A stretch of 64,000 nt of DNA from an uncultured Pseudomonadales bacterium (GCA_964441155.1 CAYYKL010000001.1:24393-88392); one strand, 5' to 3'; shown: positions 28,260 through 38,623, counted from the stretch's first letter. Numbers and translations are program-made. The notes: generated by a model from the letters alone, not told the origin.

Positions 28260-29948
28260 ATGTTCTTAAAACAAGCTGCTTCAAAATCTCAGAAATCTAG
28301 CGCCTATAACATGGGGTTAGGGTTGCCTAACATTTTAAATGTCCTGAAAATAATTACTCCGCCAACGGTGGTCTATGTTCTGTCATATCTTGTGCTAACC
28401 TATCCTTTAGTTCGTGAATTCGGCACTGGCCTTATGGCCTCAAGCGAAGATGCGCTTCAAAATATGTGGGGCCTGTGGTGGTTCAAGCAAGCACTGACAA
28501 ATCAATCCCTTGAACTTTGGTATACCAACCATCTGATTGCCCCACATGGCGTAAGCCTCTATACCCATGCTTTGTCTCCCTTAAACGGCGCGCTAGCCTT
28601 TCCCTTGCTTCACTTCACCACACTTACCAAGACCTACAACATTCTCACCCTGTTTCACGCAGTTGCCTCAGGTCTAGTTTTGTTCGGCTTCGCGTTCAGT
28701 CTCACTAAGTCCTATAAAGCTTCGTTGTTAGCGGGACTTTGGCTCACTATTTCCCCATTTCGCATTGGACATTCTCGAGGCCATATTGAAATGATGGCTA
28801 TGGAATGGCTCATTCTTTTTGCCTGGAGCTATTGGAATCTACTAAAAGTTCCGACATTCAAAAAAGCGATTTTGGCCGCACTACTCCTTCGCCTCGCCTT
28901 GTTAAATACCCCCTATCATTTTTTGCACGGAACTATCTTTGCGTTTTTTGTGACACTTGTCTCATTTTTGTTAATAAAAAGTAAAAAACGATTCATTCGT
29001 CAGCGATTGTTACCATTTCTTGCATTTGGCATCGTTACCGTGATTACCTCGTTTGGATTTTTGCTGGAAATTAACTACATAAATGCGCTTGGACCCTTGG
29101 GAAATTCTCATGAACCAACCGACTATTCTCTCGATGCCACAAGCCTTTTAGCACCAGGAAAGTGGTGGCGATTAGGAGAGACTATTAGACCATTTTGGGA
29201 ACCCATTACTCGAAGCAATGAAGCAATCGCTTATCTCGGTTGGTCAACCATGATTTTTCTGACTATTGTGGTAATCAGCGCAACAAGAAACAAGCAGAGT
29301 CGCTTGGCAATAACCTCTCTATTTGTCGTGTTGATTGGCTCAACTCTCATTGCAATGGGACCTCAATTGCAAATTCGCGGGGTATCCCATGAAATGCTGA
29401 CGCCGTATGACGTGGCTAGTCAATTGATTTCAGCAATAAACATGTCCGGCGTACCACTACGCATGATGTCACTCGCCACGATTGCCAGCTCACTTTTGTT
29501 GGCTATTGCAGTTGCTCACCTATTCAAAAGTCGCAAGAGTATTTTGGTTACTTTGCTAGCAGTAGTCTATGTGATAGAAGTTTTGCCCGCACCTCTTTCG
29601 CCAATTAATATCGAGCCTCCTGCTTTTGTCAGTGTTTTGGCAAAACAACCTCCAGGCATTTTCTTTGATACGGTCAATGCTCCGGCAGTTGCTATGTACC
29701 ACCAAACAATACACGGGCAAAAGCTCGCCAATAGTTATTTGTCTCGCACACCCGCCGCCGCTAATCTCTATCAAGGTAAACTTAACGCAGCCTGGGAAGT
29801 CCGCCGTGACTTATCGAGCCTTTGCCATGATTTTAAAGTTAGGTATCTATTAACCAACACGCTTGACACGGAATTAACTCCTCTATTTAGTGGCAATCAA
29901 ACTTATCTCTATGACCTTGATAATTGCCAGGGATTGAGCTTGCTTTAG
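28260..29948 (+). CDS. Polytopic membrane protein, GT-C/YfhO-like glycosyltransferase
   Basis: Many TM helices with DALQNMW..WW, PHGVSL, YNILTL, SPFR and AMYHQTIHG patterns typical of GT-C-like membrane proteins. The start is uncertain. Confidence 0.7.
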   Translation: MFLKQAASKSQKSSAYNMGLGLPNILNVLKIITPPTVVYVLSYLVLTYPLVREFGTGLMASSEDALQNMWGLWWFKQALTNQSLELWYTNHLIAPHGVSLYTHALSPLNGALAFPLLHFTTLTKTYNILTLFHAVASGLVLFGFAFSLTKSYKASLLAGLWLTISPFRIGHSRGHIEMMAMEWLILFAWSYWNLLKVPTFKKAILAALLLRLALLNTPYHFLHGTIFAFFVTLVSFLLIKSKKRFIRQRLLPFLAFGIVTVITSFGFLLEINYINALGPLGNSHEPTDYSLDATSLLAPGKWWRLGETIRPFWEPITRSNEAIAYLGWSTMIFLTIVVISATRNKQSRLAITSLFVVLIGSTLIAMGPQLQIRGVSHEMLTPYDVASQLISAINMSGVPLRMMSLATIASSLLLAIAVAHLFKSRKSILVTLLAVVYVIEVLPAPLSPINIEPPAFVSVLAKQPPGIFFDTVNAPAVAMYHQTIHGQKLANSYLSRTPAAANLYQGKLNAAWEVRRDLSSLCHDFKVRYLLTNTLDTELTPLFSGNQTYLYDLDNCQGLSLL

Positions 29949-29952
29949 CCGA

Positions 29953-31737
29953 CTACTTCACCGTCACCGACTTGGCTATGTTGCGCGGTTTGTCGACGTT
30001 GTTTCCCAAATCGACTGCCATGTAATAGGCGAGCAATTGCAGTGGCACAATCGCGGCAAGCGCACTCGCATCACCTAAGTCTGGAATCGGATTATGGACG
30101 TCAAAGGAATCGCTTGCTTCAGGAGCAAACCCAATAATCTCTCCCCCACGCGCCTTGACTTCGTGCACCGCACTCATCATATCCCGCGCATTGGTATCGT
30201 TTGCAATCACAAAGATAACCGGCACTCCTTTTTCGATGATAGTAATCGCATAATGTTTGAGATCTCCCGCGGCAATGGCATGGGCATGCCTATAGCTTCC
30301 CTCAACGATTTTGACCATCCCTTCGTGCACCGTTGCCCTATTTTGGCCTTTGCCGAGTAAGAATATATGCTCTTTGACAACCAGTGTGTGGGCCAATTTT
30401 TTCAATCGATTGTGTTGCGCCTCATCTAAAAGCATGGCTTGAATCGATTGCTCCACCTTTGTCAGTTGGTCAAGCCCTAGGTCTATATTTCCCTCCACTG
30501 CATGAGCAAGCAGAAATCCAAAAGCTTGCATGGCGCTATAGACTTTGGTCGACATGACACAAATTTCCGGTCCTGCTTGGGCCAAAAACGCATGATTAGC
30601 CATGCGTTCCATGCTGCTCCCGGGCATATTGGTAAACGTGGCAATGGTCACACCTATGGCTTTGGCAGCTTCCAAAATTTCCAAAACATCTGCTGTTTCG
30701 CCACTTTGAGAAGGGGCAATGATAATATCTCTGCTAGTGAATAAATCAACATACTCCTTTGCTTCGGCACCAATCAAGCTTTTGGTATTTATTTTGGCGA
30801 TTGAGCGCAAGAAAAATGCTGTTTGAGCTGCAGCAATCCCTGCGGTTCCTGAGCCGATGGTGTAGACAGTACGAGCTTTGAGTATTGCACTTGAAAGTTT
30901 TATTAATTTTTTTTGATCAATCACACTCACTGCCTGAATTGCCCTGGGAGTTTCGAAAATCTCCTTGAGCATATAGTGGTCATAGCCCTTTTTATCGATA
31001 ACTGTTTTGTCAAGTGCTAGCGGGGTGAATTTGAAAGCAACTGGCTTATCGGTGATGATATCCACCAGCTTCAAAACACCTGCATGAATAATCACCATTT
31101 GGTTATTTTCGATAGTGAGTATTTCAGTTGCAAACGGCGCAAGAGACAGGGTGTCCGAGGCAACGAAAAAATCATGATCATTTTTGCCCACCACCAAAGG
31201 TGAGCCGTTGCGCGCCGCCAAAATCTCACCGTATTTGGTGAGAACGATAATCGTATTTCTCCCCTCCAAGCGCTTGAAAATCGTTCGCACAGCCTGCGCT
31301 CTTCCTTCCAAAGAATCACCTAGTCTTAGTAATTTCTGCTCCAATAATCCCACAATTACCTCGGTGTCCGTTTGTGAAACGAATCTTCTGCCTTTTTTAG
31401 CGAGTTCCTGTTGAAGTGCCTCATAATTTTCCAGAATTCCGTTATGAGCCAGACAAAACGAGCCATCTTGGACTTCGTGTGGATGCGCATTAACTTGAGT
31501 TACTCCCCCATGTGTTGCCCAACGAGTATGCCCAATGCCCACTCTTACTTTTGGCAACTCTTTGGGCAAGCTGTCAGGAATTGAACCTACAAGCTTTAGT
31601 GTCATTATTTGGTCAGCATTGAGAACTGAAATTCCCCAAGAATCATAGCCACGATATTCCAAACGCTTCAAGCCATCACGAATAATTTGCGCCGCATTAA
31701 CTTTGTTTCGAGACGAAATACCAAAAATTCCGCACAT
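29953..31737 (-). CDS. glmS: Glutamine--fructose-6-phosphate transaminase
   Basis: N-terminal MCGI, EYRGYDS, GHTRWATHG, SQSGETAD and PRNIAKSVTV. Confidence 0.98.
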   Translation of the reverse strand: MCGIFGISSRNKVNAAQIIRDGLKRLEYRGYDSWGISVLNADQIMTLKLVGSIPDSLPKELPKVRVGIGHTRWATHGGVTQVNAHPHEVQDGSFCLAHNGILENYEALQQELAKKGRRFVSQTDTEVIVGLLEQKLLRLGDSLEGRAQAVRTIFKRLEGRNTIIVLTKYGEILAARNGSPLVVGKNDHDFFVASDTLSLAPFATEILTIENNQMVIIHAGVLKLVDIITDKPVAFKFTPLALDKTVIDKKGYDHYMLKEIFETPRAIQAVSVIDQKKLIKLSSAILKARTVYTIGSGTAGIAAAQTAFFLRSIAKINTKSLIGAEAKEYVDLFTSRDIIIAPSQSGETADVLEILEAAKAIGVTIATFTNMPGSSMERMANHAFLAQAGPEICVMSTKVYSAMQAFGFLLAHAVEGNIDLGLDQLTKVEQSIQAMLLDEAQHNRLKKLAHTLVVKEHIFLLGKGQNRATVHEGMVKIVEGSYRHAHAIAAGDLKHYAITIIEKGVPVIFVIANDTNARDMMSAVHEVKARGGEIIGFAPEASDSFDVHNPIPDLGDASALAAIVPLQLLAYYMAVDLGNNVDKPRNIAKSVTVK

Positions 31738-31819
31738 AGATGCACCTCATTTTTTTCTAATTAAAGAATATGTTGTGAAAATTAAACTTTATGCAAGCTG
31801 GAGAATTGCTTGCTTCAAG

Positions 31820-32026
31820 ATCCAAGCTGACTTTGTTTTCTGTAATTACTCACAGGATTTGATCAGGTTGGTTAGTGGATGCTTGACTCACCCAGAAGGT
31901 TTCCGCTGATACTTACTGAAGGCAGCCGTCTAGGCGCCGAAAGTAGTCCGATTTCTTGAAGCTGACTTCAAGACCTTCTTCCTCGTATCCCTAAATCGTC
32001 AAATGACGATGCAGGACCACACGCTC
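31820..32026 (-). ncRNA. glmS ribozyme (variant with inserted hairpins)
   Basis: In the glmS 5' UTR: AGCG cleavage motif (32022-32025), P1 hairpin, ACGAGG, P2 GAAGGU/ACCUUC, AUCG, UCAGCGG, and P4.1 CUGUGA-GUAA-UUACAG flanked by CAAA and ACAAAG. Confidence 0.8.
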
Positions 32027-32069
32027 TTTTTTTGGTTATCCCTCCATAAACCTCCTTTCAAAATACACC

Positions 32070-33389
32070 TTATTCAATTCGCTCAATCATCGCTCCCATC
32101 GAGCGCAACCTCACGTCCAACTCTTCATAGCCTCGGTCAATTTGCTCCACATTGTGTAAGACGGTTGAACCTTGCGCAATAATTCCAGCAATGACCAAAG
32201 TTGCCCCGTGGCGCAAATCTTTGACCGTGAATTCGCCTCCATGAAGCTCTGCTTTGCCATATATCCTCACCGCATGGAAGTCTTTGTCGGTTTCTGCTAC
32301 TACATCAAAGTTATATGTTTTATCGGGATCATCAAGCTCTGGATTAAAGAGTTCTGCTCGCAAGCCCATGCTTTGCAATTGCTCGACATATTGAAACCGA
32401 GAGGGAAAAATGGTTTCGTGAATAATGCTTTCTCCTTGAGCTTGGGTTGCCAACACTGCCCACAATGGTTGCCAATCGGTCATAAAACCAGGATGGGGCG
32501 AGGTCACGATATCAGCACTCGTGAGTTCACCTTTGTAATAAAACCGAATGCCGTATGGGCCAATTTCATAGCCACCGCCCATTTCATCCAGTTTTTCCAA
32601 GAAAGCTTCGAGGTGTTCTCGCTTAGCATTTTCGACAATGATGTCGCCTTTGGTGGCAATGGCGGCACAAGCATACGACACGGCTTCATTGCGGTCACTC
32701 ATAATGCGATGAATCGTGCCATTAAGCTTGTCGACGCCATCAATTTCGATAATGCGGTGATAACGCCGCCTAATCCGAGCACCCATGTTGTTTAAAAAGG
32801 TAATCAAATCATCAACCTCAGGCTCGAGAGCGCTGTTTCGCAAAACGGTCTTTCCTTTTGCCAGCACTGCCGCCATCAATACCGTTTCCGTGCCCGTGTG
32901 TGAATTTTTTTCAAAGGTGTAATCAACGCCGTTCAATTCTTTTGCTTTTGCGACAATGAATTCACCACGTTGTTCGATTGAGGCGCCCATTTGCTTTAAT
33001 GCCCCCCACTGTCGCTCCATTGGTCGTTTGCCGATTTTGTCTCCTCCAGGATTCGGAACAATTGCCGCACCAAAGCGATGCAATAGCACGGGTACAAACA
33101 TGGGTGCAGAGCGTGATTGCGGCCCATATTTTTCGTCAATTTCAAATCGATTCATGGTGGCGGCACTAATAAATAGGGTTCGCTCACCGCGCTGCTCCAC
33201 CTTGCCGCCCAAAGAGGTGATCATTTCGCCGACCGCAGCCACATCTGAAATTCGTGAAAAATTGAGCAAGCGAGATTCGTCATCGGACAAAAGCGATGCA
33301 ATCATGAGCTTAAAGCTTGCATTTTTAGCACCTCCCAAGCGAACTGAGCCAAATAATGGAGTGCCACCGGTGATTTTGAAAGAAGACAT
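32070..33389 (-). CDS. murA: UDP-N-acetylglucosamine 1-carboxyvinyltransferase
   Basis: GAKNA, PGGDKIGKRP, PHPGFMTD, DLRHGA and IDRGYE. Confidence 0.96.
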   Translation of the reverse strand: MSSFKITGGTPLFGSVRLGGAKNASFKLMIASLLSDDESRLLNFSRISDVAAVGEMITSLGGKVEQRGERTLFISAATMNRFEIDEKYGPQSRSAPMFVPVLLHRFGAAIVPNPGGDKIGKRPMERQWGALKQMGASIEQRGEFIVAKAKELNGVDYTFEKNSHTGTETVLMAAVLAKGKTVLRNSALEPEVDDLITFLNNMGARIRRRYHRIIEIDGVDKLNGTIHRIMSDRNEAVSYACAAIATKGDIIVENAKREHLEAFLEKLDEMGGGYEIGPYGIRFYYKGELTSADIVTSPHPGFMTDWQPLWAVLATQAQGESIIHETIFPSRFQYVEQLQSMGLRAELFNPELDDPDKTYNFDVVAETDKDFHAVRIYGKAELHGGEFTVKDLRHGATLVIAGIIAQGSTVLHNVEQIDRGYEELDVRLRSMGAMIERIE

Positions 33390-33404
33390 AGGTAACAAAT
33401 TTCT

Positions 33405-33486
33405 AAGGTCTAATTAATCTAATTTCTAACAAAGTCATATTCAAGTTTTTCCTAGGTCAATTAGTCATTAGATCAATTAGGTTAAT
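33405..33486. repeat. Short-period imperfect inverted repeat (CTAATT.../...AATTAG)
   Basis: ctaaggtctaattaatctaatttctaa ... ttagtcattagatcaattaggttaa in the murB-murA spacer. Confidence 0.5.
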
Positions 33487-34557
33487 TTAAACAACGTTTA
33501 CTTCTGCTTCTAATTCTATACCAAAATTATTGCGTACATCAGTCTGCATTGCTTGCGTGAATGCAAGAACGTCCTGGCCTGAGGCTTGGCCATCATGAGT
33601 CACAATTGATGCCCATTGATTGTAGGTGTGCACGTGGCCTATTTTTTTGTCTGCCCACCCAAGCTCGTCTAACAATCGGCCTGCGGGCACTTTGACAAAG
33701 TCAGCTTGATTAAACAACTCATCGGTTTCCTGTTTATAGGTGAGGCTGTCAGCTGGATAAAGTTGCAAATCCTCAATCTTGGCTTGGAGTTGGGCTGCTT
33801 CTTTGTGTGCAAGAAGTGGGTTTTTGAAAAAACTGCCGAAAGTGGGTGTCGTATGCCAATTAGGCAGCTTCTTTTCTCGAATCGATACGACGGCTTCGTA
33901 GACTTGTGCAATCGTATAGGGCGGCTCACCCTTTTTAGCTAATTCCGACTGAATAGAATCACGCCGACGACCAATAGAGTAGTAATTGACTGCCAGATTT
34001 GGCCTCAATGAAAGCTTTAATCGAACCGAAGTAATGATTACTTTATTCAGATCATGTTTAAAAATACTATCGCGATAGCCAAACTGACAGGCAACGTTTG
34101 TCAGGATTGTGGATTGGTTTGAAACAGGGTCAAAATAGATCACCGTTTCAATCACATCCGAGACCGACTGACCATAGGCCGCAATGTTTTGCACGGGCGC
34201 TGCCCCAACGGTGCCAGGAATCAACGCAAGATTTTCAATGCCCGCCCACCCAAGGTTTACGCAATGCTTTACTAAATTCGGCCAATCTTCACCCGCAGCC
34301 ACATCTAGCACCACCGAATCCTGATCAATTGACGCGGTAGTTATGCCTTTGGTTGCCATATGCACTACCACACCATCAAAATTTTTGGTGAATAATATGT
34401 TGCTGCCACCTCCAAGAACCATCCACTGCTTTGCGCTAATTTCTGGAGAAAGTTGGCTTAAATCTGCTTCCGATTCAATAGTAATTAAACGCTGCGCTTG
34501 TACGTCAATCTGCATGGTATTTAGTTTTTTAAGGGAATAGCTATCAAAGCGCTGCAT
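33487..34557 (-). CDS. murB: UDP-N-acetylmuramate dehydrogenase
   Basis: LGGGSNILF, IPGTVGAAPVQNIAAYG, FGYRDS, GSFFKNP and LEAEV. Confidence 0.97.
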   Translation of the reverse strand: MQRFDSYSLKKLNTMQIDVQAQRLITIESEADLSQLSPEISAKQWMVLGGGSNILFTKNFDGVVVHMATKGITTASIDQDSVVLDVAAGEDWPNLVKHCVNLGWAGIENLALIPGTVGAAPVQNIAAYGQSVSDVIETVIYFDPVSNQSTILTNVACQFGYRDSIFKHDLNKVIITSVRLKLSLRPNLAVNYYSIGRRRDSIQSELAKKGEPPYTIAQVYEAVVSIREKKLPNWHTTPTFGSFFKNPLLAHKEAAQLQAKIEDLQLYPADSLTYKQETDELFNQADFVKVPAGRLLDELGWADKKIGHVHTYNQWASIVTHDGQASGQDVLAFTQAMQTDVRNNFGIELEAEVNVV

Positions 34558-35978
34558 TATTTGCTCTCTCCGCTTAGTTGCTCGTGAAGCTTGTAGATAT
34601 CCCCTGCTCCCATGGTTATCACCACATCACCCGCTTGGACAAGGTTATTCACTGCTGACGCAAGGCTTGAATCTTGGACAAAACGCGCATTATGAGAAAC
34701 AGTGTTCACTTCATCAACCAGCATGGAAGCCGAAATAGTCGGATCAAAGTGCTCTCGGGCTGAGCTAAAGATGTCAGTAATTATTGCCAGATCAGCTTGA
34801 ACAAAACTCTGGGCAAACTCGGTGAGCAGTGTTTTAGTTCGCGAATATGTGTGGGGCTGAAACACAACAAGCAAGCGTCTACCCTCAAACCATTCTTTGG
34901 CAGCGTTTAGAGTTGCCCGAATTTCGCTGGGGTGATGCGCGTAATCATCAACAAACGTGACTCCATCGAGCTCTCCAATAATCTCAAATCGCCGCTTCGT
35001 TCCTCTAAATGCATTACTACTTGCAATAACATTGTCTCGAGAAATTCCATATGATTCTGCCACAACACACGCTGCTAGCGCATTGAGGGCATTATGTTGG
35101 CCTGGCACTTTCAGCGCGAGTTCAAATGTAGATCCTTGCGGGTCTTTGATCGTTACCGTTTGTTGTTGGTTATGCGTTGCTTGTACCACAATCTGCCAAT
35201 CGTTATGTGACTGTGTGCCATAGGTGATTCGTTTCGCCTGATCAACGTCAGCTAAGATTTCTTGCAACGCCTCGTTATCTCCACAAGCAATCAGTTTTCC
35301 TGTGGGGGGCAATAGTTCAAAAAAACGTGCAAAAGCCTTTTTAACTTCTGCTAATGTCGGGTAAATATCCGGGTGATCATGAGCAATACCCGTGCAAATA
35401 ATGGTTTCGGGTGAAAGTGACATAAACCGAGGAGTCGAATCGGTTCCAGGAGACGTTGCATATTCATCAGCCTCGACAATAAAATGCTCGCCATCGTTGT
35501 TCCAACAACCTGGAAAGGCAAGTGTGCTCACGCCACCGACACCGATAGCATATGAAGGATTTTTTTTAGCGTGATCAAAAATTGTCGCCAGCATAGCACT
35601 CGAAGTGGTTTTGCCACCGACGCCACAAACAGCTATAGTTTTTTTGGCGTGGCTGAGTAGTCCTAATGCTTTTGCATGAGAAAAAATGGGAATTCCTAAA
35701 CTTTGTGCTGACAATACTTGAGGATTTTGTGCGCCGCCGTGTGAGCCAGTATAAACCAAGCCGTCGATTTTATTTGTGGCATCAAATGGCTCAAACCCCT
35801 TACTCACTAAAATGTCTCGACGCGCTAAAACGTTACTCGTCACAAATGCTTCACCGGTATCACTTCCAGACACACTCACACCTTTGTCTTGCAAACACAG
35901 GGCTAGGGCGGTCATCCCCACACCACAAATACCAGTGAAATGGATGGATTGTGAAGACAAAAAAGGATCTGGATGCAT
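34557..35978 (-). CDS. murC: UDP-N-acetylmuramate--L-alanine ligase
   Basis: HFTGICGVGM, GKTT, EADE, DDYAHHPSE, FQPHTYSRT and MGAGD. Confidence 0.96.
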   Translation of the reverse strand: MHPDPFLSSQSIHFTGICGVGMTALALCLQDKGVSVSGSDTGEAFVTSNVLARRDILVSKGFEPFDATNKIDGLVYTGSHGGAQNPQVLSAQSLGIPIFSHAKALGLLSHAKKTIAVCGVGGKTTSSAMLATIFDHAKKNPSYAIGVGGVSTLAFPGCWNNDGEHFIVEADEYATSPGTDSTPRFMSLSPETIICTGIAHDHPDIYPTLAEVKKAFARFFELLPPTGKLIACGDNEALQEILADVDQAKRITYGTQSHNDWQIVVQATHNQQQTVTIKDPQGSTFELALKVPGQHNALNALAACVVAESYGISRDNVIASSNAFRGTKRRFEIIGELDGVTFVDDYAHHPSEIRATLNAAKEWFEGRRLLVVFQPHTYSRTKTLLTEFAQSFVQADLAIITDIFSSAREHFDPTISASMLVDEVNTVSHNARFVQDSSLASAVNNLVQAGDVVITMGAGDIYKLHEQLSGESK

Positions 35979-36042
35979 CGTGACTTCGTTTACTTTTTTT
36001 ACGTATACGACTGTATTGTAACGGGAAAATGGCGAAAAAGAT

Positions 36043-36828
36043 CTATTCTTCTTCGAATTCAAGCTCGGTTTCGCCGATGATCTTTTTGGGTTCGGCGATG
36101 GTTTTAATGATTTTCACAATTACGGCACAGCGACCCTCGTCGATGTTTTCAGCTTTGCTTTGAGTGTGGGAGAAAAAGTCAGGAGATTCAATGGTGCATA
36201 CACCAGATGTGGTCATGTTTTTTTTGAGCAATCCCTCATTGCTCAAACTAGCGAACACATAGCCAGGCAAATCAATATGCCACTTACCTTTGCTTTTGCT
36301 TATGAATTCCTTCCAGGCAGGGTCTTTGGCTTGGGTGGGCTCAGTATCAAATGCATAACTGGCTTTTTGCGCGCACGGGCTAATCCAAACCATTAGCTCT
36401 CGAGGGTCAGTTTCATAATGCTTGATCATTTGACGCACACCTTCAAGTTGAATGCCTTGGGCAATACCCTTCCAGCCAGCGTGAAAAACACCAATTGCTG
36501 TGTGGATGGAGTCATAAAAGACTAAGGCGGCACAATCAGCTACTCGCAACATCAGAGCAATTGAGTCTTGGTCGGTCACAAAGCCGTCAACACCGGTTAC
36601 ATTCATGCCCTTCCACATTTTGGAGTTCTCTTCGTTTAAGGGCAAAATTCGAGTTGAATGAATTTGTTGGCCTTCAATGAGGTTTGCTGCTTGGATATCG
36701 AGGGTTTTCAAGATTTTTTTGCGGTTCGCACGAACTTCGTTTTTGGAAGAAAAGCGTAAATCGATATTACCGTCTGATTTGTCAGTTAGGGCTAATAACA
36801 CGTTGTCGTGAAAGGAAATGTTTTGCAT
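36043..36828 (-). CDS. pgeF: PgeF/YfiH-family protein (peptidoglycan editing factor / purine nucleoside phosphorylase)
   Basis: QIHS, DG, VADC, HAGWKG and CT...FFSH motifs. Confidence 0.88.
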   Translation of the reverse strand: MQNISFHDNVLLALTDKSDGNIDLRFSSKNEVRANRKKILKTLDIQAANLIEGQQIHSTRILPLNEENSKMWKGMNVTGVDGFVTDQDSIALMLRVADCAALVFYDSIHTAIGVFHAGWKGIAQGIQLEGVRQMIKHYETDPRELMVWISPCAQKASYAFDTEPTQAKDPAWKEFISKSKGKWHIDLPGYVFASLSNEGLLKKNMTTSGVCTIESPDFFSHTQSKAENIDEGRCAVIVKIIKTIAEPKKIIGETELEFEEE

Positions 36829-36888
36829 AGATTACCATTATCTCACATCTGGTATTTTTTCAGAAGTGTCAAGTTTTTTGCCTACACC

Positions 36889-37641
36889 TCAGGCATTTCT
36901 TTGGCGCATGAGCGAATCGGCTTCTACCAACTGCTCCCGAGTGTTCACGCCAAACCAACAGTCAGCGTTATCTGCTTGAATGGTTGTGATTTTCAACTTT
37001 TGCGCACATGCCAATTCAATGAGATCGGTAAGATAATATTCTCCTGAAACGGGGTTAATTTTGACCTGAGGTAAAAAGTTTTGCGCGAATACTCGATCAA
37101 AACAATACAAACCGGTATTCACTTCAGTGATCAACTTTTGCTCAGGGGTAGCATTTTTTTCTTCTACAATCGCCACCACATTTCGGGCATCATCGCGAAT
37201 AATTCTGCCTAAGCCCGAGGGGTCAGTTGCCACCACCGTTAAAAAGGTAACGACAGCTGCTTGTTGCTTATGTTGATCCACCAGTTTTTCAATAAGCTGC
37301 GGCGTATAGAAAGCTGAGTCATCACCATACATTGAAACAACATGTGAAAACTCAGGAGGAACTTGCTTCAAGCCCGCTGCCAGCGCATGGCCTGTTCCCA
37401 ATGGTTCTCCTTGATCAGCGTAAATAACTGTATCCTCTAACACTGCCATCACTGATTCTTTGGCATACCCCACAACGACCACGATCGTGTTGATGCCACT
37501 TTTTCGCACGTTATCGACTGAATATGCGACCATCGGGCGATTATTGAGGGCGAAAGTAACTTTGTTTTGGTTGGCAGGAGCTTGCACGCGCTTGCCCTTG
37601 CCTGCAGCCAATATCACTGCGGCAGTATCTTGTAAGGACAT
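36889..37641 (-). CDS. glmU: GlmU-like uridyltransferase, N-terminal domain only
   Basis: ILAAGKGKR, LGTGHA, GRIIR, IVEEK, EVNTG, EYYLTD and GVN; ends before the hexapeptide acetyltransferase domain. Confidence 0.85.
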   Translation of the reverse strand: MSLQDTAAVILAAGKGKRVQAPANQNKVTFALNNRPMVAYSVDNVRKSGINTIVVVVGYAKESVMAVLEDTVIYADQGEPLGTGHALAAGLKQVPPEFSHVVSMYGDDSAFYTPQLIEKLVDQHKQQAAVVTFLTVVATDPSGLGRIIRDDARNVVAIVEEKNATPEQKLITEVNTGLYCFDRVFAQNFLPQVKINPVSGEYYLTDLIELACAQKLKITTIQADNADCWFGVNTREQLVEADSLMRQRNA

Positions 37642-37642
37642 A

Positions 37643-38623
37643 TTAGAGAATCCTGGTAAATAGTAGGCTAAGTTTTTTTGGATCGTGGCGCAAAAAGCTT
37701 CTGGGCAAAACGTCACTTTGCGACTTTTCAATCATCGATTCACGAATTAAATCCGCACGAATCACGCGAGAATCACTTTCGAAATCATCTTGAACAGGAA
37801 ACTCTTCAAACTGAGCATAACGCGCTTCAATATCATTTGGGATTGATTTATTGTTAATGATGATCACGTCGAGTGACCTACCAATCTGCTTTTCTAAAAT
37901 CCCCACGTGGTCGCGAGCAGATAGTCCATGCGTTTGACTGCGACGAGTCATAAGGTTTGTGATATACACAAGCTTTGCGCTTGATTCTCGAATTGCTTTG
38001 GCCACACCACCCACCACTAAATTGGCCATTAAGCTTGAATATAAGTCTCCAGGGCTTAACACAATAGTATCTGCACCTAAAAGTGCCGCACGCGCTGGTG
38101 GATGAATGGTTGCCTTGGGAGAGGTGCGAATTCTTTTGACTCTTTTTCCCGAATGCTTGGATTCATCCATAATGTGCTCACCTATTTCAATCGTGCCATC
38201 GGTATACTCGATTACCAGCTGAATGTCCTTGCTGGTTATAGGATAAACAGCACCATGAAGTCGAAATATTTTAGCGGCCACATCGAGAGCTTGCGCTGTG
38301 TTGTCGCACATATCTTGCAGTGCGGTGAGAATCAAATTCCCGAGATTATGACCTTCAAGGCCAGAGCCTTTCGTGAACCGATAGAGTAATAGCTTTTGAA
38401 TCCAATCTTGGTTTTTGCCGTGAGCCATGGCGGCCAATGCCTGGCGCAAATCCCCTACCGGCAAGAATCCGAACTCGTCACGCAAGCGACCGGTTGAACC
38501 ACCTGAATCGGCAACAGTTACCACTGCCTCGAGAGAATAGTTGGGGTGATGTAGCGCGGACAAGGTCACATACGTTCCCGTGCCACCACCCATCACAACG
38601 ATTTTTTTGTTTGATGTATCCAT
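37643..38623 (-). CDS. yvcK: YvcK/GlmR (UPF0052) family protein
   Basis: GGGTG, VTVADSGGSTGRLR, GDLR, GHNLGNL, PGDLYSS and RHDP. Confidence 0.92.
   Translation of the reverse strand: MDTSNKKIVVMGGGTGTYVTLSALHHPNYSLEAVVTVADSGGSTGRLRDEFGFLPVGDLRQALAAMAHGKNQDWIQKLLLYRFTKGSGLEGHNLGNLILTALQDMCDNTAQALDVAAKIFRLHGAVYPITSKDIQLVIEYTDGTIEIGEHIMDESKHSGKRVKRIRTSPKATIHPPARAALLGADTIVLSPGDLYSSLMANLVVGGVAKAIRESSAKLVYITNLMTRRSQTHGLSARDHVGILEKQIGRSLDVIIINNKSIPNDIEARYAQFEEFPVQDDFESDSRVIRADLIRESMIEKSQSDVLPRSFLRHDPKKLSLLFTRIL

Noticed and set aside
32172-33417. Plus-strand ORFs of 207 and 153 aa
   Set aside because: Antisense to murA, with no motifs.
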